Part shown: in pieces, positions 47,007-57,139 of the stretch
Numbering within the stretch: the first letter of the stretch is position 1
Layout: each line of letters starts with the position of its first letter
DNA from: an uncultured virus (IMG/VR IMGVR_UViG_3300029309_000007)
Lineage: Duplodnaviria; Heunggongvirae; Uroviricota; Caudoviricetes
Direction: 5' to 3' (one strand)
Length of the DNA: 64,000 bases
Virus record (IMG/VR): IMGVR_UViG_3300029309_000007
Position numbers and translations under genes: made by a program
Notes under the pieces: generated by a model
Database searches by the model: none
What the model saw: the letters and a program-made list of their open reading frames with translations, nothing else
Told to the model about the DNA's origin: nothing

Positions 47007-48989
47007 TCAGCCCCCAAATGTTCTTGAAGAAGTCGTTCTATTAATCTTCGTGTTCACCATCTGTCCTATTTTATCTGCAATACGGCGCAATTCTTGGTCG
47101 GAAGTATCTCTTGCATTAATTGTAATGTTGATGTTATTTGTAGTTCCACCCGCTATCTTCCGAGACTCACGATTTGAATTGACTCTTGCACCTGCTGGCA
47201 AATTGACTAATTCTGGGCCTCTTTCACCAACAACCGCTAATCCACCAGATGAAACACCACCATTCGCAAATCCTGGAAGTTTTCTTATCTTTCTACCAAG
47301 GTCAGAAATTTTATCTCTAACGCTTTTTAAGAACTCTATCATTTTCATAACACCATCAATTAGAGGCTTAAATCTATCTGACACTCTATCACCAAAATAT
47401 TTAGCAATTGTAAATCCTGCGGCGAGGACAACAACCCCCAAAGCGACAGGTAGGGCTGCTATACCTGCTAGCAATAGCAATTGCGCTACTATAAACTTAA
47501 GGACAATAAATCCTGCTACGAATAATAAAAGAATTTTTAATCCCTTGAATATTTTTTCTCTAAAAGCAGGATTTTCTAAAAATTCAACAATGAAATCACC
47601 GACCAATTTAAAGCCAGCAACCAAAGCAAGGAACCCAACATCTAACAAAACACCAAGAGTTTTCAATAAGAAAAGAACGGCCTTATCAAATATTTTTTCT
47701 AATAGTGGGACAATTTTCTCATAGTCTCCTTTCATAAACGCACTTACGACAGAAAATACATCTCCTAAAATGCTCATCAAATCTTTACCTAAATCTTTGA
47801 TTCTATCTACTACGCCCATTTCACTTAAAATATTATACAACTCTTGGAAGTATTTCATGCCGATAAGAATAGCACCTGCAACAACAATACCAAGCATCAT
47901 GTATTTGAAAAAGAAATCTAAAACTTTCATTGTTCTTTGACCTAGTTTATATATTCTCATTCTAAACTTTCTTGCATCTTTGCCAAATGGCAAGAATACA
48001 GATTTAGTTAATTTAAATAGGCCAGCAACGGGGGCTAATATTCCAAGTAAAGGTTTAAGTGATTTAAAGGTATTCGGAACTGTATCTACTATAGACCCCA
48101 TAAAATCTTTAAATGTCGCTTCTTCTGCGGCTTCTTGGTCTGCGCCCATTTGTAGTCTTTCGTCTTTTTTTGCTCTTCTTTTCGCAAAAAATTGTCCGAT
48201 TCTTCCCTTTCCTTGCCCCTTTGCCTTTTCCTTTGCTATTTCTTGAGCAACTTTTATCCTTGATTTATCAAAGGCATACGATTCTGCGGTAAGTTTTTGA
48301 ACTTCTTTCATTTGTTTTTTCTGGACATCAAACTGTTTATTCATCTTAATTAGCGTAGCAACCGTGGCTTTTTCTCTATCATTTGTGACTAAAAGTATTC
48401 TGTTGAATGTTTCATGGGATTCTATTTGTTCAAGAATTTGTGAATTGCTTTCTTTTAATTCCTTTAGCGCACCAATTCTTTCTCCTTGTCTATCTTTAAG
48501 AGCAAATCTTTCTTCTTTTAACTGTGCTATTTTGTCAGCATTTCTGAAAAATCTCTTTTTTTCTTCTTTTTTGAGTTTTTTCTCAACCCTTTGTCTTTTT
48601 TTTCCTAAATCAAGAATCGCTTGTTCTTCATTTAATCTTAATTTAGTTATCTTATTTGCAGTGGTAATTTCTTTTGTAAGATTTCTAAAGCCTTTGATTT
48701 GCTCATTAATCTTTTCATTTTGTTCTCTCATAGCCTTAGTGTTAGCCCTAGAAGTATTTTCCATTTCTGCCAAAATACCCAAAGCACCTCTAAGATAGTT
48801 TTGCATTTTCCATAAAGGTGTTCCTGAAACAAGACGACTAAAAATCGTCCAACGCTTTGAGGCGGCATTTGTGCTGTTTGCTGCCTCTAAAAGAGATTTT
48901 TTAAAGCCTTGAAATTCTATGGCTCCATATGATGTAACTTTATTTAATTGGTCTAAAGAACGAATTGTTTTGTCAATTTCTTCAGCCAT
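47007..48989 (-). CDS. tape measure protein
   Basis: Coiled-coil and hydrophobic helices; PGFANGG..AVVGERGPELV. Confidence 0.85.
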   Translation of the reverse strand: MAEEIDKTIRSLDQLNKVTSYGAIEFQGFKKSLLEAANSTNAASKRWTIFSRLVSGTPLWKMQNYLRGALGILAEMENTSRANTKAMREQNEKINEQIKGFRNLTKEITTANKITKLRLNEEQAILDLGKKRQRVEKKLKKEEKKRFFRNADKIAQLKEERFALKDRQGERIGALKELKESNSQILEQIESHETFNRILLVTNDREKATVATLIKMNKQFDVQKKQMKEVQKLTAESYAFDKSRIKVAQEIAKEKAKGQGKGRIGQFFAKRRAKKDERLQMGADQEAAEEATFKDFMGSIVDTVPNTFKSLKPLLGILAPVAGLFKLTKSVFLPFGKDARKFRMRIYKLGQRTMKVLDFFFKYMMLGIVVAGAILIGMKYFQELYNILSEMGVVDRIKDLGKDLMSILGDVFSVVSAFMKGDYEKIVPLLEKIFDKAVLFLLKTLGVLLDVGFLALVAGFKLVGDFIVEFLENPAFREKIFKGLKILLLFVAGFIVLKFIVAQLLLLAGIAALPVALGVVVLAAGFTIAKYFGDRVSDRFKPLIDGVMKMIEFLKSVRDKISDLGRKIRKLPGFANGGVSSGGLAVVGERGPELVNLPAGARVNSNRESRKIAGGTTNNINITINARDTSDQELRRIADKIGQMVNTKINRTTSSRTFGG

Positions 48990-48990
48990 T

Positions 48991-49209
48991 TCACTTCACC
49001 TGTTTTCGCACCTTTTCGATTTCTTCATGCTTTATTTTTTCAGTAATTCCGTGAACAGTCAATAAATCTTTTGCTAAAGATATTGGCATTTTATATACTT
49101 CTAATGGACTTATCGCCAACGCTTTAGAAAGCGTATAAACCATAATTAAAGATACGGCTTGAGGGTCTGCTTTACGCCCTCTCATCGTATCTTCAATTAA
49201 TCGTTTTTT
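48991..49209 (-). CDS. tail assembly chaperone extension (GT-like), reached by -1 frameshift
   Basis: The -1 frame from A AAA AAC (49203-49209) reads KKRLIEDT-MRGRKAD..SPLEVYKM. Confidence 0.75.
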   Translation of the reverse strand, partial: KKRLIEDTMRGRKADPQAVSLIMVYTLSKALAISPLEVYKMPISLAKDLLTVHGITEKIKHEEIEKVRKQVK

Positions 49210-49574
49210 TCTTCATCCTCCTGCATCATAGCCATAGGGTTAGGCAGGATTTCTTTAAGTTGATTTCCAACAAATGGGCTTAGTCTAAGCATATCAATTG
49301 CGGAAAGAGAAGGTTCGGTTTTGTCAATAAAATTCTCAACCATGTATTTATACATGGCATTCAAATCAAGGTCAAGGCTTTGAGTCCGTGAGTCAATCTT
49401 CATCACGGCATTTAACGCCTTTTCAGCCTCAAGCCATGTGGGTTCTTTTACCCAGACTTTAAGGTATTCTTCTTTATTCGGTGCTACTTTAATATAATGT
49501 AGCGTAGGTTCTGCAAGCGCAAATAGCGCATTCTTATCAGTTATTACTTTCTTTTCGTTTAACATATTATCCAC
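49197..49574 (-). CDS. tail assembly chaperone (G-like)
   Basis: Between tail tube and tape measure; ends in EEKN(D) with a slippery site. Confidence 0.8.
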   Translation of the reverse strand: MDNMLNEKKVITDKNALFALAEPTLHYIKVAPNKEEYLKVWVKEPTWLEAEKALNAVMKIDSRTQSLDLDLNAMYKYMVENFIDKTEPSLSAIDMLRLSPFVGNQLKEILPNPMAMMQEDEEKND

Positions 49575-49614
49575 CTTCTATACCAACAAACAAACAAACG
49601 GTGTTGGTGGAATA

Positions 49615-49734
49615 TTATTCTGCTAACTTACTCGTAGTCTTTTTAGGCTCTTCCTTTTTAACTTCTTTCTTTTTAGCGGCTTTCTTCTTTGGTCGTGATT
49701 GCGCCATCTTGATTAAATTATATCGTGATACCAC
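49615..49734 (-). CDS. 39-aa Lys-rich peptide
   Basis: GTG start with a GGGGTGA RBS; VVSRYNLIKMAQSRPKKKAAKKKEVKKEEPKKTTSKLAE. Confidence 0.5.
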   Translation of the reverse strand: MVSRYNLIKMAQSRPKKKAAKKKEVKKEEPKKTTSKLAE

Positions 49735-49738
49735 AAAA

Positions 49739-51367
49739 TCACCCCTGCAAAACCCAATGAGTCTTAACTGTGCAAGTGTTGAGCGTTCTCGGCATAACCG
49801 TTGCTTCAACAACCAATGGCCCTTTATCGTCAGGGATTGGGAAGTTATTTGCACTGATAAAGTAATCGTCAAACTTTAAGGTAATATTTTCTCCATTTGC
49901 CTTAGTAAAGACTAACTCAATCGTTTGGGTCGTATCCTCAGAATCATTCAAAAGAGCAGTATAAAGAGCATCATCGGAAACATGTCCAGTAAATGAAATC
50001 TCATAGGTTCTTTGGGCAGGAATTGATTCAGCAACATCCTTACTACCAACACCTATGAATCTTCGGTCTTGGAGATTATTGTTCATAGTCAAGGTTAATG
50101 AATTAATCTTCAAGAAAGTATTTCCTAATAATTTAAATGTGCCATCTGAGAAAAAGAACGGTTCTCTCGTTTCTGCTGCATTTGTCGCAGTTTCATAATT
50201 GATAAAAGTAGTTTCATCATCTACCCCTCTTCTTGCATCATAAACTTCATCTTGAGCAAGCGTGTGAATATTTCTTGTGCTTAAGTCAAGAGTCATTTTT
50301 ACCTCTTCGTTTTCGTTTGCAGTCATTGTTAAAGTATTAACTCGGCAACCCCTTGCGATTTTAACGAAGTTTAAATCTTCTGCCGCCGCATCGCTATCAG
50401 TCCTATATTGTGTTGCTGTTCCAGTCAATTTAGAAAGATTCTGTTCTAATGCAAAAGAAGGAAGTAAATCACTATCTTGTTCGTCAAAGGTATAAGTTAT
50501 TGCTTTTGATAGTGTAGTGCTTCCCGTTGGGCGGTCTAATTTGTGATAAAAGTCTAATTGTGCATCGCTGGCCTCAAAAGGAGTAATAGGAGGACAAATT
50601 TTATTGCCAATCGTTCTTCTAAAAATTGGGCCGGTTTCAACGATTCCTCCAATATTAGCATCATCCCCTGCCGCTACTTCTGCGGTTGATTCATTCATAG
50701 AACGAATCAAAAATGCGTTATTATCTCCTGAATCTGGCATAGTCTGTCTATGTGCATCAGTAGATAATGCGGTAGATAAAGCATCTGTGCTACAAATTAA
50801 AGATGTGCATTTACCTAAGAAATAATATAGCCATGTCCCTTGATTAGAAATAAACCCAAGATTGCCACCAGTAAAGGTAGTAATTCCTTTGTATTGATAT
50901 GTATAATTTCTTGAACCTCCGAGAGAAGTATTCAATTGCTTCATTTCTACTTCGCTTGTTGGGAAAGTGGCACTTTCAAGAATACCCAACCATTGGTCAG
51001 AAAGAAGTCTTTTTGCCGTAGAAACGGGAGCAGGGACAGGTGCGCCGTATGATTTTACAATGAAATAATCTGTTGAAGCCGCAGAAGCAGAAGGAGTAAT
51101 GGTAAAAGAATTAGCGTCATTTGCAGTAATTCTGTGAGTAGATTGAAGCGCATCCGAAGTATTGTATCTTTCTAAAAGGCAACCTTTGTAAAGATTTATA
51201 ATCAATTCAAAATCTGCATCAAAGGTAGCATTTACCTGAATAACAGATTGTGCCGAACCATCTAATGCTCCCCCACCGTCTTTTAATCCAACCCCAATGA
51301 ATAAATCATTCTCTGGGATAAATGTAATACTTGCGCCGCTTCCTAAAAATATGTCTGTATTTGTCAT
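49739..51367 (-). CDS. major tail (tube) protein
   Basis: LPSFALE, GCRVNTLTM, LTLTMNNNL, RTYEISFT; position in the tail module. Confidence 0.75.
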   Translation of the reverse strand: MTNTDIFLGSGASITFIPENDLFIGVGLKDGGGALDGSAQSVIQVNATFDADFELIINLYKGCLLERYNTSDALQSTHRITANDANSFTITPSASAASTDYFIVKSYGAPVPAPVSTAKRLLSDQWLGILESATFPTSEVEMKQLNTSLGGSRNYTYQYKGITTFTGGNLGFISNQGTWLYYFLGKCTSLICSTDALSTALSTDAHRQTMPDSGDNNAFLIRSMNESTAEVAAGDDANIGGIVETGPIFRRTIGNKICPPITPFEASDAQLDFYHKLDRPTGSTTLSKAITYTFDEQDSDLLPSFALEQNLSKLTGTATQYRTDSDAAAEDLNFVKIARGCRVNTLTMTANENEEVKMTLDLSTRNIHTLAQDEVYDARRGVDDETTFINYETATNAAETREPFFFSDGTFKLLGNTFLKINSLTLTMNNNLQDRRFIGVGSKDVAESIPAQRTYEISFTGHVSDDALYTALLNDSEDTTQTIELVFTKANGENITLKFDDYFISANNFPIPDDKGPLVVEATVMPRTLNTCTVKTHWVLQG

Positions 51368-51396
51368 GCCAAACTCCCCCTTTCCTAACTTACTTA

Positions 51397-51960
51397 CTAG
51401 GGAATGCTAATTGCGAATCTTTTTGCTTCTAATGTAATTTTGTAGCCAAACAGTCTTTTGCTTCTATCGTTGCTTTCGGTTCTTGAACCTACAAATAGTT
51501 GATTAAATCTTGTTCCATCGGAAGCAGTATAACCTCGTCGGCTTGTCTCAAGTGCGTGAACAGTTATCAGGTATAAATCCCTTAGCCTGTCTCGGCCAAA
51601 ATCGGGGTCTGTTGAACCTACCCCAACGGCTCTTTCATCGTGAATTGTCCTTAGATGTAAAGTAAAAGAATAAGTTTCATTTCTAAGGTCATAATGAATT
51701 GTTGGGTATTCAATATTTTGTGAATCTTCAAAAACAACAATAACATCACCTGCGGATAAATCATACCTTATGCCACGATTTTTTTGTAAAGTGCGAACAT
51801 CAACAAGGTTAGGCAAATCTGGTGTGCTTCCTAATTTACCAGCAGAGTTTAATGTCGTTCTTGAAGCATTCCAATTGGTTTGGATAATATCAAGAATAAG
51901 GCTAACTTCATCCAAGATTAGACACCGCCTTATCAATTTCTTTTTTAATTGCTTTACCAT
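51397..51960 (-). CDS. putative tail terminator / neck protein (start probably near 51915)
   Basis: Position before the tube gene; alpha/beta pattern. Confidence 0.55.
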   Translation of the reverse strand: MVKQLKKKLIRRCLILDEVSLILDIIQTNWNASRTTLNSAGKLGSTPDLPNLVDVRTLQKNRGIRYDLSAGDVIVVFEDSQNIEYPTIHYDLRNETYSFTLHLRTIHDERAVGVGSTDPDFGRDRLRDLYLITVHALETSRRGYTASDGTRFNQLFVGSRTESNDRSKRLFGYKITLEAKRFAISIP

Positions 51961-52090
51961 AGTCTTCTAAAGCAAACTTCATAATTTCGTCATCACTAAA
52001 TGTAAAGTCCATTCCGAGTATATCTGATAATTCTTTCATAGCCTTTGCCCTTTCCTTTTGCGCTTCAATGAAAGGGGTTATATTTAGCAT
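51908..52090 (-). CDS. hypothetical protein
   Basis: Track ORF within the late operon. Confidence 0.5.
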   Translation of the reverse strand: MLNITPFIEAQKERAKAMKELSDILGMDFTFSDDEIMKFALEDYGKAIKKEIDKAVSNLG

Positions 52091-52094
52091 AATA

Positions 52095-52691
52095 TCAAGC
52101 CTTAAATGCCTGTAAAAGTTGTTTAACCTGATTTAGCCTGTAAGTAGAATTTTCTGTATCTCCCACTTTTGCTAACTCTATGCCCTCTTGAATTAATTTT
52201 TCTGCTTGGGCAGCAATATTCTTTTTATTTTGTTGTTGTGTATTTGTAGGTAATGGAACTTTTTGCTGTTCTTGCATCTGAGTCGCTAATCTTGCTCCTT
52301 CGGCAATATTTTGTTGAAGTTGTGCTTGTTTTGTCTGTTCTTTCCTTTTTCGCCTTTCTTCCATTCTAAGTCTTCCTATTTCCTCGCTTTCTTTCCCAAC
52401 ATCTGCAAGAATTCTTTCATCAGGATTATAGTCAATATTAAAATTATGAGGTAAATTAGGAGCCGAAGGAACCTTTGCCATTTCTGTTTGTTGTTGGGCC
52501 GCTTGATTTGCTACTTCTCTTTGTTTTTGGGCCGCTTGAGTCTGCTTCATCTGTTCCATTCTTCTTTCTCTTTCTTCTCTTTCCTTTTTTGCGGCCTTGC
52601 TTTTTCGGCTAAGAAATTTAATTTTGATAATATCATCTTCGTTTAATTCCCGTTTAGCAATAACACTCATCCATTCGTTCATAAATATCAC
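52095..52691 (-). CDS. Gln/Glu-rich coiled-coil protein
   Basis: Low-complexity QQ/ERE sequence; AGGAGTGA RBS. Confidence 0.6.
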   Translation of the reverse strand: MIFMNEWMSVIAKRELNEDDIIKIKFLSRKSKAAKKEREERERRMEQMKQTQAAQKQREVANQAAQQQTEMAKVPSAPNLPHNFNIDYNPDERILADVGKESEEIGRLRMEERRKRKEQTKQAQLQQNIAEGARLATQMQEQQKVPLPTNTQQQNKKNIAAQAEKLIQEGIELAKVGDTENSTYRLNQVKQLLQAFKA

Positions 52692-52694
52692 TCC

Positions 52695-54011
52695 TTAATT
52701 TTCTATTAGGAAAACAATGTCTCCCTTTCCTGTAAGAATATCCATTCCTTCTTTTCTAAGAATATCATATTTTTCTTTGACTGAAATATTTCCGCCTGTT
52801 TCTGCAATAAGAATTGTTTGGTCGTCGTGTCTTAAAATTTCAGCCGCAACTAATTTTGTAGCGGCTTCATGGATAGGTGCAGGAACTCTTGAGTCTCCAG
52901 CAATATAGGAAATGATAATAGAATTTTGCGTATGGTAAGGATAATCCCGTAAGAAAAATATTCTTCCTTCGTCCTTGATAGTCCAAAAAGAACCAAGTCT
53001 TTTCAGGTCTTGCTTATCCGTAAATTTAGTAATTGTTGCTAAAGTGGGAACAGAAGTGTTAGTAGCAATAAATATAACATCCCCGCTAACAGTTCCCGTT
53101 GTAGCCAAACTTAAAGTAATTGATGTTGAAGAATTTATGCTTGAAATGGTTGCGGCGGTAGGAATATTGGTTCCCGATACAGCCATGCCAACAACTAATT
53201 TACTTGAATCTGCAACAGTAAGAGCAGTAGAAGAGGAAGAGGCTGAACATGATTGTTTAGTCTTAATTTTGACCTTGCATTCTGACCCGTCTTCTCCCGC
53301 CAACAGGGATGAAATGAGCAAAGTGGTGCTGTCTTCCGAGTCCTTTTGGGCAAAGAAAAGGTCAGAAATAGAAAGAGTATCAGAAATGAGGCTTTTTGCT
53401 GCAGTTGCTTTAGTAAAGGTTGAAGTCTTTGATGGAAACTGTTCGTTCACCAAAGCAACAATTTCATCATTCGTCGTCTTTATTCCATAAGCATTATTAA
53501 ATTCGCTGTTGCTTAAAGAACCACCAATTGCCGATTCTGATAGCATTTCAAATTCAGTTCCGTTATTTGGCAATTGCAAAACAATGGAATGTATGTCTCT
53601 ATAATTTTCAAGAAGTCCGATTTTTGCTTGAGCCGAAGCCAATTCTATGTATCTATTTCCTTGCCAAACTCTCAAAGAAACTACCTTTCTTAATTTAAGA
53701 GTTGTCAATTTGATAAACCCAACATAGCCACCATAATAAGTTTGCATCGGGTGATTTACAAATTCAAAATTATAATGTTCATCTTTGTGTAAAAGAGGAC
53801 GATAAGAGCGTTTTACTTTCTCATCAATCATTCCTTCTACTCTTTTAATTATTTCACCAACTTGTGATTCGCTCGGAAATGTAGAAGAAGTAAAAGCAGG
53901 AACTTGTAGCATATTTGCAACAGCAGACTTATCAGTATAAAATCCAGAACCTGTGGCATAGTCTACATTAATTGCAGTATAATCGCTCGGTGAATTTGTA
54001 ATGCCCATCAA
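52695..54011 (-). CDS. head-tail adaptor with an inserted beta domain
   Basis: IKRVEGMIDE; ISYIAG..VPAPIHEAATKLVA; insert LTVADSSKLVVGMAVSGTNIP. Confidence 0.7.
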   Translation of the reverse strand: MMGITNSPSDYTAINVDYATGSGFYTDKSAVANMLQVPAFTSSTFPSESQVGEIIKRVEGMIDEKVKRSYRPLLHKDEHYNFEFVNHPMQTYYGGYVGFIKLTTLKLRKVVSLRVWQGNRYIELASAQAKIGLLENYRDIHSIVLQLPNNGTEFEMLSESAIGGSLSNSEFNNAYGIKTTNDEIVALVNEQFPSKTSTFTKATAAKSLISDTLSISDLFFAQKDSEDSTTLLISSLLAGEDGSECKVKIKTKQSCSASSSSTALTVADSSKLVVGMAVSGTNIPTAATISSINSSTSITLSLATTGTVSGDVIFIATNTSVPTLATITKFTDKQDLKRLGSFWTIKDEGRIFFLRDYPYHTQNSIIISYIAGDSRVPAPIHEAATKLVAAEILRHDDQTILIAETGGNISVKEKYDILRKEGMDILTGKGDIVFLIEN

Positions 54012-56482
54012 ATCATCTCCTGTAATTCATCTTCAAGTTCTTTAATTCCTGCTCTTATTGAATCCATAAATGTAGCAAATTCACCTTTTCGTACTCTCTT
54101 GAATTTAGATACTCCTATTTTTGGTTGCCTAATAGGTCTAAAACCCTCGCCTTTTCCCGTTCCTCTCGGAATAAGCCTAGTTTCTGCTTCAACCAAAGAA
54201 AGTTGTTTATATACTGTAAATGTATATTTAGGGTTTCCTTCTCTATCTTTACCTAACTTGACTTTAATCATATATTTTGATAGATTTTTTAGAACCTTTA
54301 ATGAGTTTTTAAATGGAGATTTGCTTCCGCTTAGAAGAGAAATAATTTTCTTCTTGTCGTTTGCTTTTGCCGCATCAAAATATTTCTTAGCGTTCTTATC
54401 TCCCGTGATTTCTTTATATTCTTCAAAGCCTTTAATTTGTTTTACATTTCCTTTTCCAAAATCTAAACCAGATTTGAATTCCTTTTCTATCTTTCTGTGA
54501 GTTTTTCTAAGAGAGTCATATGTTTCCTTATATTTAGAATACATCTCATCAACAATCTTTTTGAAATCTTTATATGAAAAAGACTTCTTGCTTGCATCAA
54601 ACTGTAGTCCTGCTATAATGGCTTTTATTCTTTTTTCGCTTTTAGCAAACTCTTTAAACGCATATGATTTGTTCAACATTTCTTCTAAATCATATACCAT
54701 ATCGTCAATGTCAATCATCAATGACTTTTCGACATCATCAATAAATTGTTCTGTAAAATGCCCTTCTTTGTCTGTAATTCCTGCTTTAGCAAATATGCTA
54801 CGCCATTCAGGGCCCTTTTCTTTTATTTCTTCTAATTCTTTAATTTGCTTTGCTTTTTTATTTTTATCCATTTTTTCATCGGCTTGTAATGTTTGAATAG
54901 ACTCATCAATTGATTCATCTAACGCTTCTTGTAGCCTTAGAATAGGATTAGAAAGAATATCACCAATAGAAAACTTATCATTTATTGGTCTGACTATATC
55001 CATTCTTACATTTAGCCCCTTCAATTTTACTCTAACATTTCTTTTGTATTTTTCGGGAACTGCTAAATCTAACGCTGTCAAATCGCTACTTAAAACGATT
55101 TTATCTAAATCTCTGGCTATTTCTCTACCAAGCGCAATAACTGCACTATTTACTTCGTCTTTCTCTTTTTCAGATTTATTGAAAACTTTGCTTAATTCAT
55201 TAGAAATACTTGTTAGGTTTTTAGAAATATTTTTAAGTCTGTTTTCTTTTCTTCCCGTATCTCCTAAGAAATCGTAAGATTCAACGAGACTATCGACCTT
55301 TTCAGAAATTTTATCTAAAAACTCTTGTTTTAGTTCAAGTGTTGATTTTTTATCGCTCTTTTTTGCTTCAATTAACTTCATAGCATCAAAGCCAGTATTT
55401 TTCAACTGCGATACAAATTGATTAAATTCCTTTTTGTCGCCACTAAACAACTTCCCCGTTGCTTCTCCAACCTGTTTATCAATACTGATATTTTTGCTTC
55501 TCATGTTTTGAATGATATTTGCATAAATGTCAGTATAAGACGCAATTGCGGAACCCAATGTTCTGATAGATACTGCGACTGCTAAATCTTTTTCAGCCAA
55601 AGTCAATTTAGAAAGAGATTCTGCAACTTTTTCGCTTTGCCTTAATTGATTTTTAGTAAATTGAGTTATTTCCTTTCCACTATAGGAAGCCTTATTTTCA
55701 AGATAATTTAAAGTTTCTGGTGAGGTGGTAATAGATTTTGTTGCTCTATCTTGCACCTTAACAATTTTGTTTAATTTGATATTGTTGAAACCCAAGGTAA
55801 ACAATTTCAAAAGTTTAGTATCTACTTCTCTTTCTCTAATAGAATCAAATGCCTCGCTAGTATCAAAATCAATTTCATCTCCTTCTATATCTAAACCTTC
55901 AAAATTTAATTCTGTCTCATCTAACGAAATAGAGTAGGTGTTTTTATCCAATCCCGTTCTTTGTTTAAGAGGGCTATCCTTACCCACAGTCTCTCCACTT
56001 TTAATTTTGACATAATCTTCTAATTTATTCTTGTAGGCGGCAAATTCTTGTTGATTAAAGCCTTTATTAGAATATGAAACTGATTGTTCTAAATCTTCTG
56101 GTTCTTCTAAGATTCTTTGTCTAATTGAACCTCTTAATTCCTTAAGGGCAATATTTGGAAACATGGACTGTAAAGTTTCCACAATTTCTTTTCCTTTAGG
56201 ATTTAGATTGTCAATCTTTAAATTTTCCAATTGTGTATCTTTTATTTTTTTAATTGAATTTTTAATTAAATCTTTGAAATCCTTGGGTTTGTTATTTTTG
56301 ATAAAAGTTTCAGTTAAGTATTCTGGAATTTCTTCATATTCTTTATCGTTATCTTTTTGAACTAAATCCTCAAAAATAAACTTGTATAACTCTTGAATCG
56401 CATAGTCTTCATTAAACTCAATAGCGGGAGGATTTGTCCCACTTGCTGATTTAATGCGATAATAGAAGAGTTTCACCGGCAT
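54008..56482 (-). CDS. 824-aa Lys/Glu-rich helical protein of unknown function
   Basis: Long ORF, coiled-coil-like, no recognisable motif. Confidence 0.7.
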   Translation of the reverse strand: MPVKLFYYRIKSASGTNPPAIEFNEDYAIQELYKFIFEDLVQKDNDKEYEEIPEYLTETFIKNNKPKDFKDLIKNSIKKIKDTQLENLKIDNLNPKGKEIVETLQSMFPNIALKELRGSIRQRILEEPEDLEQSVSYSNKGFNQQEFAAYKNKLEDYVKIKSGETVGKDSPLKQRTGLDKNTYSISLDETELNFEGLDIEGDEIDFDTSEAFDSIREREVDTKLLKLFTLGFNNIKLNKIVKVQDRATKSITTSPETLNYLENKASYSGKEITQFTKNQLRQSEKVAESLSKLTLAEKDLAVAVSIRTLGSAIASYTDIYANIIQNMRSKNISIDKQVGEATGKLFSGDKKEFNQFVSQLKNTGFDAMKLIEAKKSDKKSTLELKQEFLDKISEKVDSLVESYDFLGDTGRKENRLKNISKNLTSISNELSKVFNKSEKEKDEVNSAVIALGREIARDLDKIVLSSDLTALDLAVPEKYKRNVRVKLKGLNVRMDIVRPINDKFSIGDILSNPILRLQEALDESIDESIQTLQADEKMDKNKKAKQIKELEEIKEKGPEWRSIFAKAGITDKEGHFTEQFIDDVEKSLMIDIDDMVYDLEEMLNKSYAFKEFAKSEKRIKAIIAGLQFDASKKSFSYKDFKKIVDEMYSKYKETYDSLRKTHRKIEKEFKSGLDFGKGNVKQIKGFEEYKEITGDKNAKKYFDAAKANDKKKIISLLSGSKSPFKNSLKVLKNLSKYMIKVKLGKDREGNPKYTFTVYKQLSLVEAETRLIPRGTGKGEGFRPIRQPKIGVSKFKRVRKGEFATFMDSIRAGIKELEDELQEMI

Positions 56483-56485
56483 TCC

Positions 56486-57139
56486 TCACATTAACCATTT
56501 AGCCCAAGCCGCACCTTTTTGAATTGCAGAACCAAGATGTAGGCCGCTTGATGGGGGTTCGTAAGACATTTGACCATTGTTCGGGTCAATCCAATATGGA
56601 CGACCATAGCCATCTGTTCCCGATGGAGGGACAGGGTAGCCAGAACCGTTATTCATGGCTCCCTGCATCTGTTGGTATTGTTGCGTTTGTCCGGTAATTC
56701 CAGCAACAGCCATCCCCGCCGAAGGCCCACCTGAACCGCTAAAACCTTGCGATTCCAAGTATTGTTGTTTAGCCAATTTTCGCTGGTTTATAACCTCAGT
56801 GTTTAAGGCAACTCCTAAAATTTGTTGAATGTCAAGTTCAATGTTTTCTTGAGTAATCTTTTCAAATTCTCTCATAGCGTCGGGATGAATTTTTAATCCT
56901 CCCGTAGTAGAATCCGTGGTAAATGCTAAACTTGATAGCATTTGTGAAACAACTCTTTGAACGACATCTTCCATTAATTTTTCAAATGCCTGTAAAAACT
57001 TCTCACCATGATATTGAAAGAATTCTTCTACATGATTGTCCTGCAAAGAAAGTAGATTATTTACATTCTTAAATTGCTGGTCGCTTTGGGCTTGAACTGC
57101 CCCTAAAACTGTTTTATTGCTTGTTCCAAATACCATCAC
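56486..57139 (-). CDS. helical protein with a WW-like segment and a C-terminal amphipathic helix
   Basis: PPSGTDGYGRPYWIDPNNGQMSYEPP; LGSAIQKGAAWAKWLM. Confidence 0.7.
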   Translation of the reverse strand: MMVFGTSNKTVLGAVQAQSDQQFKNVNNLLSLQDNHVEEFFQYHGEKFLQAFEKLMEDVVQRVVSQMLSSLAFTTDSTTGGLKIHPDAMREFEKITQENIELDIQQILGVALNTEVINQRKLAKQQYLESQGFSGSGGPSAGMAVAGITGQTQQYQQMQGAMNNGSGYPVPPSGTDGYGRPYWIDPNNGQMSYEPPSSGLHLGSAIQKGAAWAKWLM

